The notes: a model not told the origin generated them from the sequence alone. 64,000 nt of DNA from Candidatus Multivoradales bacterium (GCA_965223325.1 CBDCWI010000001.1:1120001-1184000); one strand, 5' to 3'. Counted from the first letter of the stretch, positions 28,091 through 39,358 are shown. Translations and numbers: made by a program.

Positions 28091-29488
28091 GTGACGAACC
28101 TTCTTCAGATCGGCTATCTGATCGCCGCGGCGTTGTTCATCCTTGGCCTCAAGGGCTTGGCACACCCGCGCACGGCCGTGCGCGGCAACCTGCTGGGCGC
28201 AACCGGCATGCTGCTCGCCATCGTGGTCACTTTTCTCGACCGCTCGATCGTCGACTTCAAGGTCATCATTGCCGGCATCCTCGTCGGTACGTTGATCGGC
28301 ATCGTCCTCGCGGTCAAGGTCGCGATGACCTCGATGCCCGAGCTGGTGGCGCTCTTCAACGGCTTTGGCGGCATCGCCTCGGTCCTGGTCGCCGGCGCCA
28401 GCTACGTCGAGCAGATCGGCCTGAGGCAGCAGGCAGGTGAGGAACCGAGCCTGCAGTTCGTGGTTGCCGTTGCGGTGACCGCATTGATCGGTGCGATCAC
28501 CTTCACCGGCAGCTTGATCGCGTTCGCCAAGCTCAAGGGCATCATGACCGGCAACGCGATCACCTTTCCGGGGATCCAGCTCCTCAACCTGCTCATGTTC
28601 GCAGCCACCCTGGTGCTGGCGTTCATGATGGTGCAGACGCCGGCCCACTCCTTCCTGCTCTGGGGTGTCGTCGCGATCGCCGCCGTCCTCGGCGTGACCG
28701 TCACGATCCCGGTTGGCGGCGCCGACATGCCGGTGGTCATCGCGCTTCTCAACTCGTACTCCGGCCTGGCCGCAGCCGCGACCGGGTTCGTGCTCCAGAA
28801 CAGCCTCTTGATCATCGCCGGCTCCCTGGTTGGAGCTTCGGGACTCATCCTCACGCAGATCATGTGCAAGGCGATGAACCGTTCGCTTTGGAACGTGCTG
28901 TTCGGCACCATGGCGTCGGGCGGAGTCATCGCCGACGCCGACGAAGTCTATGTAGGCAAGGTCAAGGCGACGTCTGCGGAAGAGGTCGCCATGCTGCTCG
29001 AAGACGCCCGCAAGGTCGTCATCGTGCCGGGTTACGGCATGGCGGTCGCGCAGGCTCAGCACGCCGTGCGCGACTTCACCCGTGCACTCGAAAGCAAAGG
29101 AGCGGACGTTGAGTTCGCCATCCACCCGGTTGCCGGCCGCATGCCCGGTCACATGAACGTCCTGCTCGCCGAGGCCGAAATACCCTACGACAAGCTCAAG
29201 GAGATGGAGGTCATCAACCCGAGCTTCTCGCAGGTCGATGTAGCGATCGTGATTGGCGCCAACGACGTGGTCAACCCCGGCGCCCGCGAAGATCCCGACA
29301 GTCCCATCGCCGGCATGCCGATTCTCGACGTCGACAAGGCGCGCACCGTGGTGGTCATCAAGCGCAGCCTGTCGCCGGGCTTCGCGGGCATCCCCAACCC
29401 GCTCTTTGCGGCCGACAACGCGCTGATGTTCTTTGCCGACGGCAAGCAGGCGGTCGTCGACATGACAGCGGCGGTGAACGAATCGTGA
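28091..29488 (+). CDS. pntB: NAD(P) transhydrogenase beta subunit
   Basis: GGADMPVVIALLNSYSG, VPGYGMAVAQAQ, HPVAGRMPGHMNVLLAEA; GTG start. Confidence 0.96.
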   Translation: MTNLLQIGYLIAAALFILGLKGLAHPRTAVRGNLLGATGMLLAIVVTFLDRSIVDFKVIIAGILVGTLIGIVLAVKVAMTSMPELVALFNGFGGIASVLVAGASYVEQIGLRQQAGEEPSLQFVVAVAVTALIGAITFTGSLIAFAKLKGIMTGNAITFPGIQLLNLLMFAATLVLAFMMVQTPAHSFLLWGVVAIAAVLGVTVTIPVGGADMPVVIALLNSYSGLAAAATGFVLQNSLLIIAGSLVGASGLILTQIMCKAMNRSLWNVLFGTMASGGVIADADEVYVGKVKATSAEEVAMLLEDARKVVIVPGYGMAVAQAQHAVRDFTRALESKGADVEFAIHPVAGRMPGHMNVLLAEAEIPYDKLKEMEVINPSFSQVDVAIVIGANDVVNPGAREDPDSPIAGMPILDVDKARTVVVIKRSLSPGFAGIPNPLFAADNALMFFADGKQAVVDMTAAVNES

Positions 29489-29660
29489 GGCCGGCAGGCA
29501 GGGAGCTGTTGATCACCTAGAATTGAGTCGTACGGGCTTAGGATCCGTCCGTTGATCCAAGAAGTCTTGGACCACAGCCAGTCGCGACGCCGGCCAGTGT
29601 CGGCACGGTTGTGATTCCAGGCGAGCGGCCCAATGCAGGAATCCCTTCAGGAGCCTTTCC

Positions 29661-30530
29661 ATGTTCTCTAGTGCACTGCGGCACCTCTTCGTTTTCTCGA
29701 GGTGCAAGATCGGGTTCGAAACCACACTCTCTCTCATGCTGCTCTTCGCGGTAGGGCTGTCGCTCGCCAGTTGTGGGGGCGAGGAGGAGGCGGTGGAGCC
29801 ACCCCCTGAGCCCGCGTCGACGAACCAGTTTCACGAGCCGAACCCGGCCAGCTACCCGGAGGCGACGGTCGTCTACGACGTCTCTGAGCTGAGGGTCGCC
29901 GACTCGCCGGTTCGCCTCGAGGCTCTCGGAAACGCTCATCAGACGCGCAAGCAGTCCGAACGCTACCAGCTCGCCGTCGACGGGTGGGACTCACACAACG
30001 TGCGCGCGACCGAAACCATTGAGGAACTCGTCGACGAAGAAGAGTTCGCGGTCCGAAAGGACATCGTCTGGGGACTCCGTGGCCTGCTCAAGATTTCCGA
30101 CCGTCACAAACGAACCAACTCGACGGGCGAGGTGGTCGACGACTGGCACAACCGCATTACGTCGATTGACACCGTCGAAGGCGACTTGTTCCCCATCGAC
30201 TACGCCAAGAGCACGCGGCTGGTCTTCACCAGCGAGATGGAGAACTTCAAGAAAGGTTCGACGGTCACTCTGACCAACGACTACCGGCTCGAAGTCGTCG
30301 CCGTCCTCGAAGCCGACGAGTACCTCTCGCGCATGCCCTTCGAACCCCTGCGAGGAGCCATCAAGGGGAACATCTACGCCGTCGACCTCGACTGGACGTT
30401 CGGGCTCGAAGGAGAACGCCAGGTCACCCGCTCACGCAGCTACTTCTGGTCGGAGGACCTCGGCTTTACGGTTCCCTGCTGCGACGGCGACGGCGAACGC
30501 TTCTCCGGCGTCACCATCGCCTTCGACTGA
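29661..30530 (+). CDS. Hypothetical lipoprotein
   Basis: SD AGGAG, lipobox LASC, coding-like codon pattern; no recognised domain. Confidence 0.7.
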   Translation: MFSSALRHLFVFSRCKIGFETTLSLMLLFAVGLSLASCGGEEEAVEPPPEPASTNQFHEPNPASYPEATVVYDVSELRVADSPVRLEALGNAHQTRKQSERYQLAVDGWDSHNVRATETIEELVDEEEFAVRKDIVWGLRGLLKISDRHKRTNSTGEVVDDWHNRITSIDTVEGDLFPIDYAKSTRLVFTSEMENFKKGSTVTLTNDYRLEVVAVLEADEYLSRMPFEPLRGAIKGNIYAVDLDWTFGLEGERQVTRSRSYFWSEDLGFTVPCCDGDGERFSGVTIAFD

Positions 30531-30580
30531 CTGGGTACTGCAGAGGCTCTACCCTTCTGGAAGCCCTGAACGAAACATGA

Positions 30581-31885
<1,305 letters not shown>

Positions 31886-31909
31886 GCGAGCGCGTCTCTT
31901 CGAGACCCC

Positions 31910-33208
31910 ATGTCACCCGATGAGCTGATCGCGGGCTTCCAGGGTGCTCTCGCCCGCGACGACAGGCTCGCTGTCGAGAAAATTCTGGGCGGAAACGAAG
32001 CGCGCCAACTACTCCTCGAGGTGGGCCCGAAGCTTCGCGGACAGTCACCGCTCACCTGCTGCCGCAGTGTGTCGATGGCCGATCTCCTGATCGAGCACGG
32101 CGCCTCCCTCGACGACCTCGCACGCGCGTGGGCGGATGGTTTCGGCGCCCAGAACCTCGATCCGGCAGTGGGCCGGCACCTGGTGGCCCGCGGAGCCGAG
32201 GTGTCGATCCATGCCGCCGTTTCCCTGGGTCTCGAAAACGAGGTCAAGGGTCTCGCTTCAGGCGATCCCAGGCTCATCACACAACCCGGAGGTGACGGCG
32301 CCCATCCGCTGCACTTCTGCCGCGACCCTGACCTCGCCGCCTGGCTGGTCGAGCACGGCGCTTTGATCGATGCCCGCGATACCGACCACGGCTCGACCCC
32401 GGTGCAATGGCGTATCGGAGACGCTCCTCCAATGGTCCGTCGCCTGGTCGAGCTGGGCGCAGAGACCGACATCTTCCTGGCCGCCGCCCTCGGCGACCTC
32501 GCTCTCACCCGGGAGTGGATCGAAGTCGATTCGAAGGTCACCGCCTATCGCATCGGCGACGACACTGGACCCTTCCCTGGCATTGGCCATCAGGCCCGAG
32601 GCGGCACGATCTATCAGTGGACCCTGGGGTTCAATCAGTCACCCCACCGTGTCGCCAGGGAACGCGGTCACGAGGTCGTGTTCGAGGCTCTCCTGGCCGC
32701 CTCCGACGTGCGCACCCGGCTGCTCGTCGGCTGCGAGCTCGCCGAGCGTTCCATCGCCGAGCAAGCCGTCGCGCGGCATCCCGGGGTGATGGACGAACTG
32801 AGCAACGAAGACCTGCAGCTACTCGCCAAGTTCTGCTGGGAGACCAACAAGAGCCTCGAAAGCGTCGCCTTGATGCTCGAGCTGGGCTTCCCGGTCGACG
32901 TGCCCGAAGACAACCACGGCTTCATGGCTCTCCACAACGCCGCCTGGTGCGGCGACCCCGAACTGGTGGCTCTTCTCCTGGCCAACGGCCATCCAGTAGA
33001 CGCCCGGGACCCAACGCACAACAAAAGCGCCATCGGCTGGACCCTCTACAGCCTCTTCGAAGGTCGTCGCCATCCGGACGGGCGTTTCACCGAAGTCCTC
33101 GAACGACTGGTTGCCGCGGGTTGTCCGTGGGATGGCTCGGGCATCCCGGCCAACGCCGCCGAGCGAAACGACGTCGAAGCGGTGCTGGCACCCGCCCGCT
33201 CGGGCTGA
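31910..33208 (+). CDS. Ankyrin-repeat protein
   Basis: GAHPLH, LVEHGALIDARD, GFMALHNAAWCG, LLLANG. Confidence 0.85.
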   Translation: MSPDELIAGFQGALARDDRLAVEKILGGNEARQLLLEVGPKLRGQSPLTCCRSVSMADLLIEHGASLDDLARAWADGFGAQNLDPAVGRHLVARGAEVSIHAAVSLGLENEVKGLASGDPRLITQPGGDGAHPLHFCRDPDLAAWLVEHGALIDARDTDHGSTPVQWRIGDAPPMVRRLVELGAETDIFLAAALGDLALTREWIEVDSKVTAYRIGDDTGPFPGIGHQARGGTIYQWTLGFNQSPHRVARERGHEVVFEALLAASDVRTRLLVGCELAERSIAEQAVARHPGVMDELSNEDLQLLAKFCWETNKSLESVALMLELGFPVDVPEDNHGFMALHNAAWCGDPELVALLLANGHPVDARDPTHNKSAIGWTLYSLFEGRRHPDGRFTEVLERLVAAGCPWDGSGIPANAAERNDVEAVLAPARSG

Positions 33209-33239
33209 AGGTAGCGGTGTCTGGCTTCTGATCGTCGCG

Positions 33240-34595
33240 CTACGAATCGGTTCCGAGAGGCGAGTCCTGGAGCAGCACCTGCAGGTCGGCAACGTTGGTT
33301 CCCGTTGGGCCGGTGACGACCAGGTCCGAAGCAGCAGCGAGTGCCGCACCCGACGCGTTCTGGGACAGCGCCTTCTCGGGATCGACACCCGCCGCCGCGA
33401 GGCGCGACAGGGTATGCGGGTCGACGAGCGCGCCGGCGGCTTCGGTGCGTCCATCGCGGCCGTCAGTGCCAGCTGAGAGAAAGACCCAAGCGGGCGGCGC
33501 CGCCAATTGGTCCCGGGCGCTGAGCGCGAAGGCGAGGGCCATCTCCTGACAGCGCCCCCCGACTCCGTCACCGAGCACGGTCACCGTCGTCTCACCGCCC
33601 AGCAAGAGAGCGCTCTTCCCCGCTCCTGCCGCACCGAGTTGTAGAGCAAGTGCATCACCCGCTTCACGCGCCTCACCCGCCAGGCGCTCTTGCCACGCCA
33701 CCGCTTCGTAGCCCATCTCACGAGCCTTCTCGGCCATCGCCCGAACACTGGTCTGATTGGTGAGGACCACCTCGGTGGTCACGCGCCGGAAGGTTGGATC
33801 CTCGGCTGTTGGCGTCTCGGGAACCAGGCCGGCGGCACCCCGCTCCAGATAGTCGCGAACCGCCGGGATTTTGCCCGTGATGCCGTAGCGCGCCAGCACC
33901 GCGAGAGCATCGGCGAAGGTGGTGGGATCGGCGGTAACCGGGCCCGACGCAATCACGGCCGGGTCGTCCTCGGGCACATCGGACACCAGGATCGCGACGA
34001 CTGCCGCCGGGTGAGCCCAGCGAGCGAGGCCGCCGCCCTTGACTCTCGACAGGTGCTTGCGCACGGTGTTGACCTCGTCGATCGCCGCGCCACTCTGGAG
34101 GAGAACATTCGTGATCGCCACCTTGTCGGCCAGCGACACCGTGGGCGCTGACAAGAGCGCCGACCCACCACCCGAAATCAGCACGACAACCGTGTCGCCC
34201 TCCCGGGTCTCGGCGAGCATGTCCTCCATACGCGCTGCAGCCCGAAGGCTCCCGAGGTTGGGCGCCGGGTGCCCGCCGACGAAGACCTCGACCGCCGCTG
34301 CCGCTCCTTCGGCGTGCTCGAGATCGACAACCGCCACCACTCCCGCCGGCACCAGATCGTGCAGGCGAAGCGCCGCTAAGGCAGCGCGGGTCATCGCCAG
34401 CGCGGCCTTGCCCAGTGCCAGGACCCAGACGCGCGACGACGGTGAGCTCTCGACCTGTGCCAGGTGCGGCGAGCGCGCAAGCGCCCTACGGACCGCCGGA
34501 CCTGGTTCGGCTGCGGTGAGACCGGCGCGGTAGATCTGCAGGGCATCGCCGCGCAGTCGGGCCACGCGCAACGAATCGACTTCTCGCCTCGCCAT
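33240..34595 (-). CDS. Glycerate 2-kinase (MOFRL/TtuD family)
   Basis: LISGGGSAL, VRKHLSRVKGGGLA, IASGP, GGETTV, GTDGRDG, TGPTGTNVADL. Confidence 0.93.
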   Translation of the reverse strand: MARREVDSLRVARLRGDALQIYRAGLTAAEPGPAVRRALARSPHLAQVESSPSSRVWVLALGKAALAMTRAALAALRLHDLVPAGVVAVVDLEHAEGAAAAVEVFVGGHPAPNLGSLRAAARMEDMLAETREGDTVVVLISGGGSALLSAPTVSLADKVAITNVLLQSGAAIDEVNTVRKHLSRVKGGGLARWAHPAAVVAILVSDVPEDDPAVIASGPVTADPTTFADALAVLARYGITGKIPAVRDYLERGAAGLVPETPTAEDPTFRRVTTEVVLTNQTSVRAMAEKAREMGYEAVAWQERLAGEAREAGDALALQLGAAGAGKSALLLGGETTVTVLGDGVGGRCQEMALAFALSARDQLAAPPAWVFLSAGTDGRDGRTEAAGALVDPHTLSRLAAAGVDPEKALSQNASGAALAAASDLVVTGPTGTNVADLQVLLQDSPLGTDS

Positions 34596-34596
34596 C

Positions 34597-35676
34597 TCAG
34601 CGTTCGGGGGTAAGAAGAGACGCTTCTTCGCGGGGTCGCCAACTGGCCCTGATGGTCTCCTCCATTCCCGAGTAGGCGAGTGGGAAGTCTGAGCCGCCGG
34701 GCCGCGCGCCGACGAACCACTTCCACAGGAAGGCGCCCACTACCCGCGGCTCGGCGGCGACCGCCTCGAGCGCCGCCCGCATGCACCTCTGTTGCAGCGG
34801 CCGCGCTCTGATGCCGTCGATGCGCGCATTCCAGGGCTCGCGTGCCGCGTCGTGTGTCAAACCGTAGCCGAGTTCGGTGAACACCAAGTCGCGGTTGGCC
34901 TTCTCAGCGAACTCCCGGAGTTCGGCCATCTGCCGGCGCCAACCGCGCGCGAGACTTTCGGCGGTTGGTTGGTCTTCGTTGGCGAGTGGAAAGTAGGCCT
35001 GGATGCCTACCAGGTCGAGCGCGTCCCAGAACGGCACGCGCCGGTAGTCGGTCCAGTTGGCAGCGTAGGTAAGGGGCGCATCGGTGCGCAGTCGGATCTC
35101 GGCAACCAGCTCTCGCCACTCGGTCTCTCGTTGCAGCGTACGGTCGAGCTCGGTCCCCACGACGATCGCGTCAGCATCGGCGGTTGCGGAAACGACCATC
35201 AGCATGAAGCGACGGTAGTCGCCAAAGAACGTCTTCCAGGCGGCCTCCGTATCGAAGTCGATCTCGCCGCGCCAGCTGAAGGGAGAACCCCAGTAGGCGA
35301 GGTGTGGCTTCACCATGACCTTGATGCCATGCAAGCGCGCCTCTTCGATCGGGCGGCGTAGCCAGGCGGGCGGCTTGGCGCTGTTGAGCTCGGGGAACAC
35401 CACCCGACCGTCGCCATGAATACGAGCGTAGGGATGGACCGCGACCCAATTGACCCCGAGGGCCTTCAAACGTTCGTAGGTCGGCGCCAGGTCGTAGAGC
35501 CCCCACTCTTCGTTGCCACGACGCGTCGAAAGGGTCACACCCCGCACGTCAGCGAGGCGTATCAACCCATCGTCTCCGCTCCGCGGCGACGAGGTCTGAG
35601 TGGCGGCGCTACCGCATGGCCCGGCAACGGTAAGGACCGCGAACAGAAAGAGCGCCAGTGAGCGGATGGGACTCAT
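34597..35676 (-). CDS. Exported GH113-like glycoside hydrolase
   Basis: VMVKPHL, WRGEI, GTEL, TYAANW, FWDALD, FTELGY, FLWKW; ATG 35676 gives a signal peptide. Confidence 0.85.
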   Translation of the reverse strand: MSPIRSLALFLFAVLTVAGPCGSAATQTSSPRSGDDGLIRLADVRGVTLSTRRGNEEWGLYDLAPTYERLKALGVNWVAVHPYARIHGDGRVVFPELNSAKPPAWLRRPIEEARLHGIKVMVKPHLAYWGSPFSWRGEIDFDTEAAWKTFFGDYRRFMLMVVSATADADAIVVGTELDRTLQRETEWRELVAEIRLRTDAPLTYAANWTDYRRVPFWDALDLVGIQAYFPLANEDQPTAESLARGWRRQMAELREFAEKANRDLVFTELGYGLTHDAAREPWNARIDGIRARPLQQRCMRAALEAVAAEPRVVGAFLWKWFVGARPGGSDFPLAYSGMEETIRASWRPREEASLLTPER

Positions 35677-35809
35677 CGACCGAGGATAGCGCCTGGGTTG
35701 TGCGCTCCCAGGCGTGGAGCCGCCGGGCATACCAGGCGGCCCGAGGTGTGGAGGCAGCCGGCGTCGAGCCGATAGCCTTCGGATTCGGACCTCGCGCCGG
35801 TCTCGGGGA

Positions 35810-35975
35810 GCCCGGCAGTGCGAGAGGACTCGCGATGCAGGACACCAACCTCGGCAGCGGGTTCCGAAAGGCCCGGCAGTGCCAGGGAACTCACGATGCA
35901 GGACACCAACCTCGGCAGCGGGTTCCGGAAGGCCCGGCAGTGCCAGGGAACTCACGATGCAGGACACCAACCTCG
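35810..35975 (+). repeat. 61-bp direct tandem repeat x2.7 containing the start codon of the next gene
   Basis: Units start at 35810, 35871 and 35932; each contains ATGCAGGACACCAACCTCG. Confidence 0.93.
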
Positions 35976-37321
35976 CTAGAACCACCAGGCGCCACAGCTC
36001 GGCGGTCTCGAGCCTGGCCGACACCATCGCACGCATCGAGACCGAAGCCCCTCGAAGAGAAGTCGCCGAAGCCGTCCGGCGCGGCTACTTCCGGCCCCTC
36101 GAAGAAGAGGCACTCATCACCTGGTTCAGCCGGCTGTTGACCGTGCGCGATGCGTTGTGGGAGGTCATGGCTGAAGGCGCAGAGCACCTGGGCGGCCTCA
36201 ACAGTGATCGCCTCAGCGAACGATTCGAGAGTCCGGCCGAACGTCGACTCTTCCTGGTCAGCTATATCGCGGCCTGTCTGATCGTACGTCTCGATCGATT
36301 GCTCGTCGAAGACCTGGCCACCCACTCCACAGCGCAGCGCAAGCTCAACGAAGGTTCGCGTGAACGTCGTATTCCCCGCAAGCAGTACACCGCCATCTTC
36401 GAGAGCCTTTCGCAACCGCGCAACGCGCTGTTGATGCGGAGCGCCATGATGGTCACCGACCGCCAACGGGAGTGGCTGGAGGGGCTCGCCGACGATCCCG
36501 AGTTGGGCGCGCTCGCCCGGAGACTCGCGTGGTTCGAAGAGCCGCTCGACCCGAGCAAGACACGCTACTTGAACCTCTTGCTCGATTTCACCGAACACGC
36601 AGTGCGACGGTGGGCCGCGTCGACGACCCAGAAAGCCTCGCTGTCCGTCCTCGAGTCGTCGGGACGCATGGTGGCGGAACTCCGCGATCACTGGGGCAAG
36701 AAGCGCGTTACCGCGGCGGTTCGCGACCGCCTCAGGAGCCTGCTCCAGCCAGGCGACGTGATGGTCACTCGACATGACGTCGCGATGAGCAATCTCTTCC
36801 TGCCCGGGTACTGGCCACACGTTGCGCTCTACGTTGGAGACCACGAGCAACGCGATCAACTGGGCGTGTGCGTGCCCGAGGACATCGGCCGCCACTGGCG
36901 CGCCAACTGCTCCGTGCTGGAGGCGCTCAAGGACGGCGTGCACTTCCGTCCGCTCGAAGAGACTCTCGAGGTCGACGCCGTCGCCGTTCTCCGCCCAGCC
37001 CTCGACCGCCACCAGATCGCCCGCGCCATCGAACGGGTCGCACCGCATCGCGGCAAGCTGTACAACTTCGACTTCGACTTCTTTCGCAGCGACCGCCTCG
37101 TTTGTACCGAGGTCGTCTACCGCGCCTTCGACGGCCCCATGACCATCCCGCTCCATGACCGCGCCGGTCGTCCTACCCTTTCCGCCGAGGACCTTCTCGA
37201 CCTCGCCTTAGATGACGATCTCTTCGAGGTCATCGCCGTCTACGGCGCAACGGGCTGTGAAGCGTCGTTACTCGAAGGCCGACCGGCCTATGACACTCTT
37301 GCCGGAACCTACCGACCTTGA
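35957..37321 (+). CDS. Permuted papain-like NlpC/P60 (YiiX/YebB-like) cysteine hydrolase with helical N-terminal extension
   Basis: LQPGDVMVTR, PGYWPHVALYVG, VLEA, YNFDFDF, LVCTEVVY (His precedes Cys). Confidence 0.82.
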   Translation: MQDTNLARTTRRHSSAVSSLADTIARIETEAPRREVAEAVRRGYFRPLEEEALITWFSRLLTVRDALWEVMAEGAEHLGGLNSDRLSERFESPAERRLFLVSYIAACLIVRLDRLLVEDLATHSTAQRKLNEGSRERRIPRKQYTAIFESLSQPRNALLMRSAMMVTDRQREWLEGLADDPELGALARRLAWFEEPLDPSKTRYLNLLLDFTEHAVRRWAASTTQKASLSVLESSGRMVAELRDHWGKKRVTAAVRDRLRSLLQPGDVMVTRHDVAMSNLFLPGYWPHVALYVGDHEQRDQLGVCVPEDIGRHWRANCSVLEALKDGVHFRPLEETLEVDAVAVLRPALDRHQIARAIERVAPHRGKLYNFDFDFFRSDRLVCTEVVYRAFDGPMTIPLHDRAGRPTLSAEDLLDLALDDDLFEVIAVYGATGCEASLLEGRPAYDTLAGTYRP

Positions 37322-37350
37322 CCTGCCTCTCATTCGCAGGAGATCCATCG

Positions 37351-38109
37351 ATGACACACCTGGCAAAGACTCTCGCTCTCACCGTTGGCATCGCCCTGTT
37401 GTTGGGAACCTTCCTCGCAACGCCGAGCGCCGCGCAGATTCCAGACGAGTTCACCAATCTGCAGCAGCTCCCCAGAACGCTCGAGAAGCCCGCCCTCGTC
37501 AACATCATGCGCACCTGGACCAGCGCCCTTGGCGTGCGCTGCAACCACTGCCACGTTGGCCCCGACAACCTGGTCGGCGCTGACTTTGCGAGCGACGAGA
37601 AAGCCACCAAGAAGGCGGCCCGACAGATGCTCGTCATGACCCGCAGCATCAACCAGCAACACCTTGCCAACCTGCCCACCGCCGCCGAAGGCGACCAACG
37701 CCAGGTCGCGTCGTGCTACACGTGCCACCGCGGACAGCCCAAGCCACCCGTCAACATCAGGGTCGAAGTGACGAAGATCGCCGCACAGGAGAACGTCGAC
37801 ACCGCACTCGACCACTTCCGCAGCCGCCGCGCCGAGCACTACGGCACCGGCCGCTACGACTTCAGCCCCAGCTCAGTCTTCCGCCTCGCCCAACGACTCC
37901 TCGAAACCGGGCAAACCGCCGAAGCCAAGAAGACCCTCGAGATGGGCCTCGAGTTCGACCCCCGGTCCGCCGACCTCCACGCCGCCCTCGGTGCCGCCAA
38001 CATACAAGCCGGCGACCCCGCCGCCGGCCGCGCATCCCTGGGCCGAGCCCTCGAAATCGACCCAGAGAACGACCTCGCCCTCGCCCTACTCGACCGCATC
38101 AGCAAGTAG
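37351..38109 (+). CDS. Exported di-heme c-type cytochrome (PufC-like) with C-terminal TPR
   Basis: Signal peptide; LGVRCNHCH and CYTCHRG; TPR-like LEFDP/LEIDP. Confidence 0.85.
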   Translation: MTHLAKTLALTVGIALLLGTFLATPSAAQIPDEFTNLQQLPRTLEKPALVNIMRTWTSALGVRCNHCHVGPDNLVGADFASDEKATKKAARQMLVMTRSINQQHLANLPTAAEGDQRQVASCYTCHRGQPKPPVNIRVEVTKIAAQENVDTALDHFRSRRAEHYGTGRYDFSPSSVFRLAQRLLETGQTAEAKKTLEMGLEFDPRSADLHAALGAANIQAGDPAAGRASLGRALEIDPENDLALALLDRISK

Positions 38110-38270
38110 AGCCCCGGACCCGGGTGGGGACCCGGGTGGGGGGCGTCCGACCGGTCGGTCGAATGTTGCCGATCTGGGACGAAACTCCGAACAATGAGAC
38201 CTCTCGGACGTCTCAGTATCTGACCGGGAAGAAACGAGTCGTCCACTGCACCGAGAGAGAAACACAGCCC

Positions 38271-39293
38271 ATGACACGAAAGACGAGACGCCTCCCCATC
38301 AGCAAGCCCCGCACCCTGACCCTGGCCCTCACCGTCTTCGCTCTCGTCGTCTTCCCCGTCCAGGCCGCCGATGCTGCCCACCCCGTTGGCGCTTCGCCCG
38401 GCCCTCTCACCATCGCGGGCCCGACGGAAGAAGCGCCGCTGGACCTCGGGTCCAGCTCTCAGACCGGAACCCGCTGGCTCGGCGCCGACCGTGCGCCGCT
38501 CCCGTTCACGTCGCACGATGAAGTCCTCGAGTTCCTGCACATCGCTCGCGTGGTCTCTAGCGAAACCCTCTCGACTGGCATCAACCGGCCCGAGAAGCTC
38601 CTTCTCGAACGCAATGGAGTGCAGGCACACGCCATCTTTCGCACCGTCGACCGTGACCTCACCCCGCGCAGCCAGAGCCCCCACTCCCTCCACCGACTGC
38701 GCGATCACTGGGGTCACGAAATCGCCGCATACCGGCTCAGTCGCCTGCTCGGTCTCGACCGCATCCCGCCAGTCGTCGCAAGACGCATCGACGGGAAGCG
38801 TGGATCGCTCCAACTGTGGCTCGAAAACTCAGTCACCGAAGCCGAACTGCTCACCAGCGAGCGCCGCAACGTGCGCGCCTCCGAACGGCAGTTCCAGCGT
38901 CAGGTCATGAAGCTCTTCGATCAGCTCATCTGGAACTACGATCGCCACCAGGCCAACGCGCTCTACGACACCTACGGTCACCTCTGGTACATCGACCACA
39001 CCCGCTCCTTCAAGCGCCTCAACCGTGCCGAGAACGTCAAGAAGATCGCGGTCGCCGATCGGCAACTCTTCGACCGACTACGCAACCTCGACTCCGACGA
39101 GCTCGACGAAGCGCTGGCTGGCTTTCTGGACAAACAGCAGCGCCTGGCAATCGAACGGCGACGGCGCGAGATTCTCGAACACCTGGACACTTTGATCGAA
39201 GAACGTGGCGAGTCGGCTGTCCTCTTCGACCTCGAAGGGCGACTGCAGGCGACCCGTCATCGCGTCGATAGTGCGCAGCCCCTGCAAGGCTGA
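38271..39293 (+). CDS. Exported atypical kinase-like protein (PI3/4-kinase/Fam20-like fold)
   Basis: Signal peptide; EIAAYRLSRLLG, GSLQLW, NYDRHQAN, IDHTRSF. Confidence 0.7.
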   Translation: MTRKTRRLPISKPRTLTLALTVFALVVFPVQAADAAHPVGASPGPLTIAGPTEEAPLDLGSSSQTGTRWLGADRAPLPFTSHDEVLEFLHIARVVSSETLSTGINRPEKLLLERNGVQAHAIFRTVDRDLTPRSQSPHSLHRLRDHWGHEIAAYRLSRLLGLDRIPPVVARRIDGKRGSLQLWLENSVTEAELLTSERRNVRASERQFQRQVMKLFDQLIWNYDRHQANALYDTYGHLWYIDHTRSFKRLNRAENVKKIAVADRQLFDRLRNLDSDELDEALAGFLDKQQRLAIERRRREILEHLDTLIEERGESAVLFDLEGRLQATRHRVDSAQPLQG

Positions 39294-39358
39294 AAACGAA
39301 CGTCGGAGGATGAAGCCTCCCGCCACCGAGCGCACCCGAGAAAACTCGGCGGCACCAT

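Noticed and set aside
35810-35975. CRISPR array
   Set aside because: Units are contiguous near-identical 61-mers with no unique spacers, and there are no cas genes.
37351-38109. Evidence of phototrophy
   Set aside because: Only two hemes, a TPR fusion and no reaction-centre or bacteriochlorophyll genes nearby.
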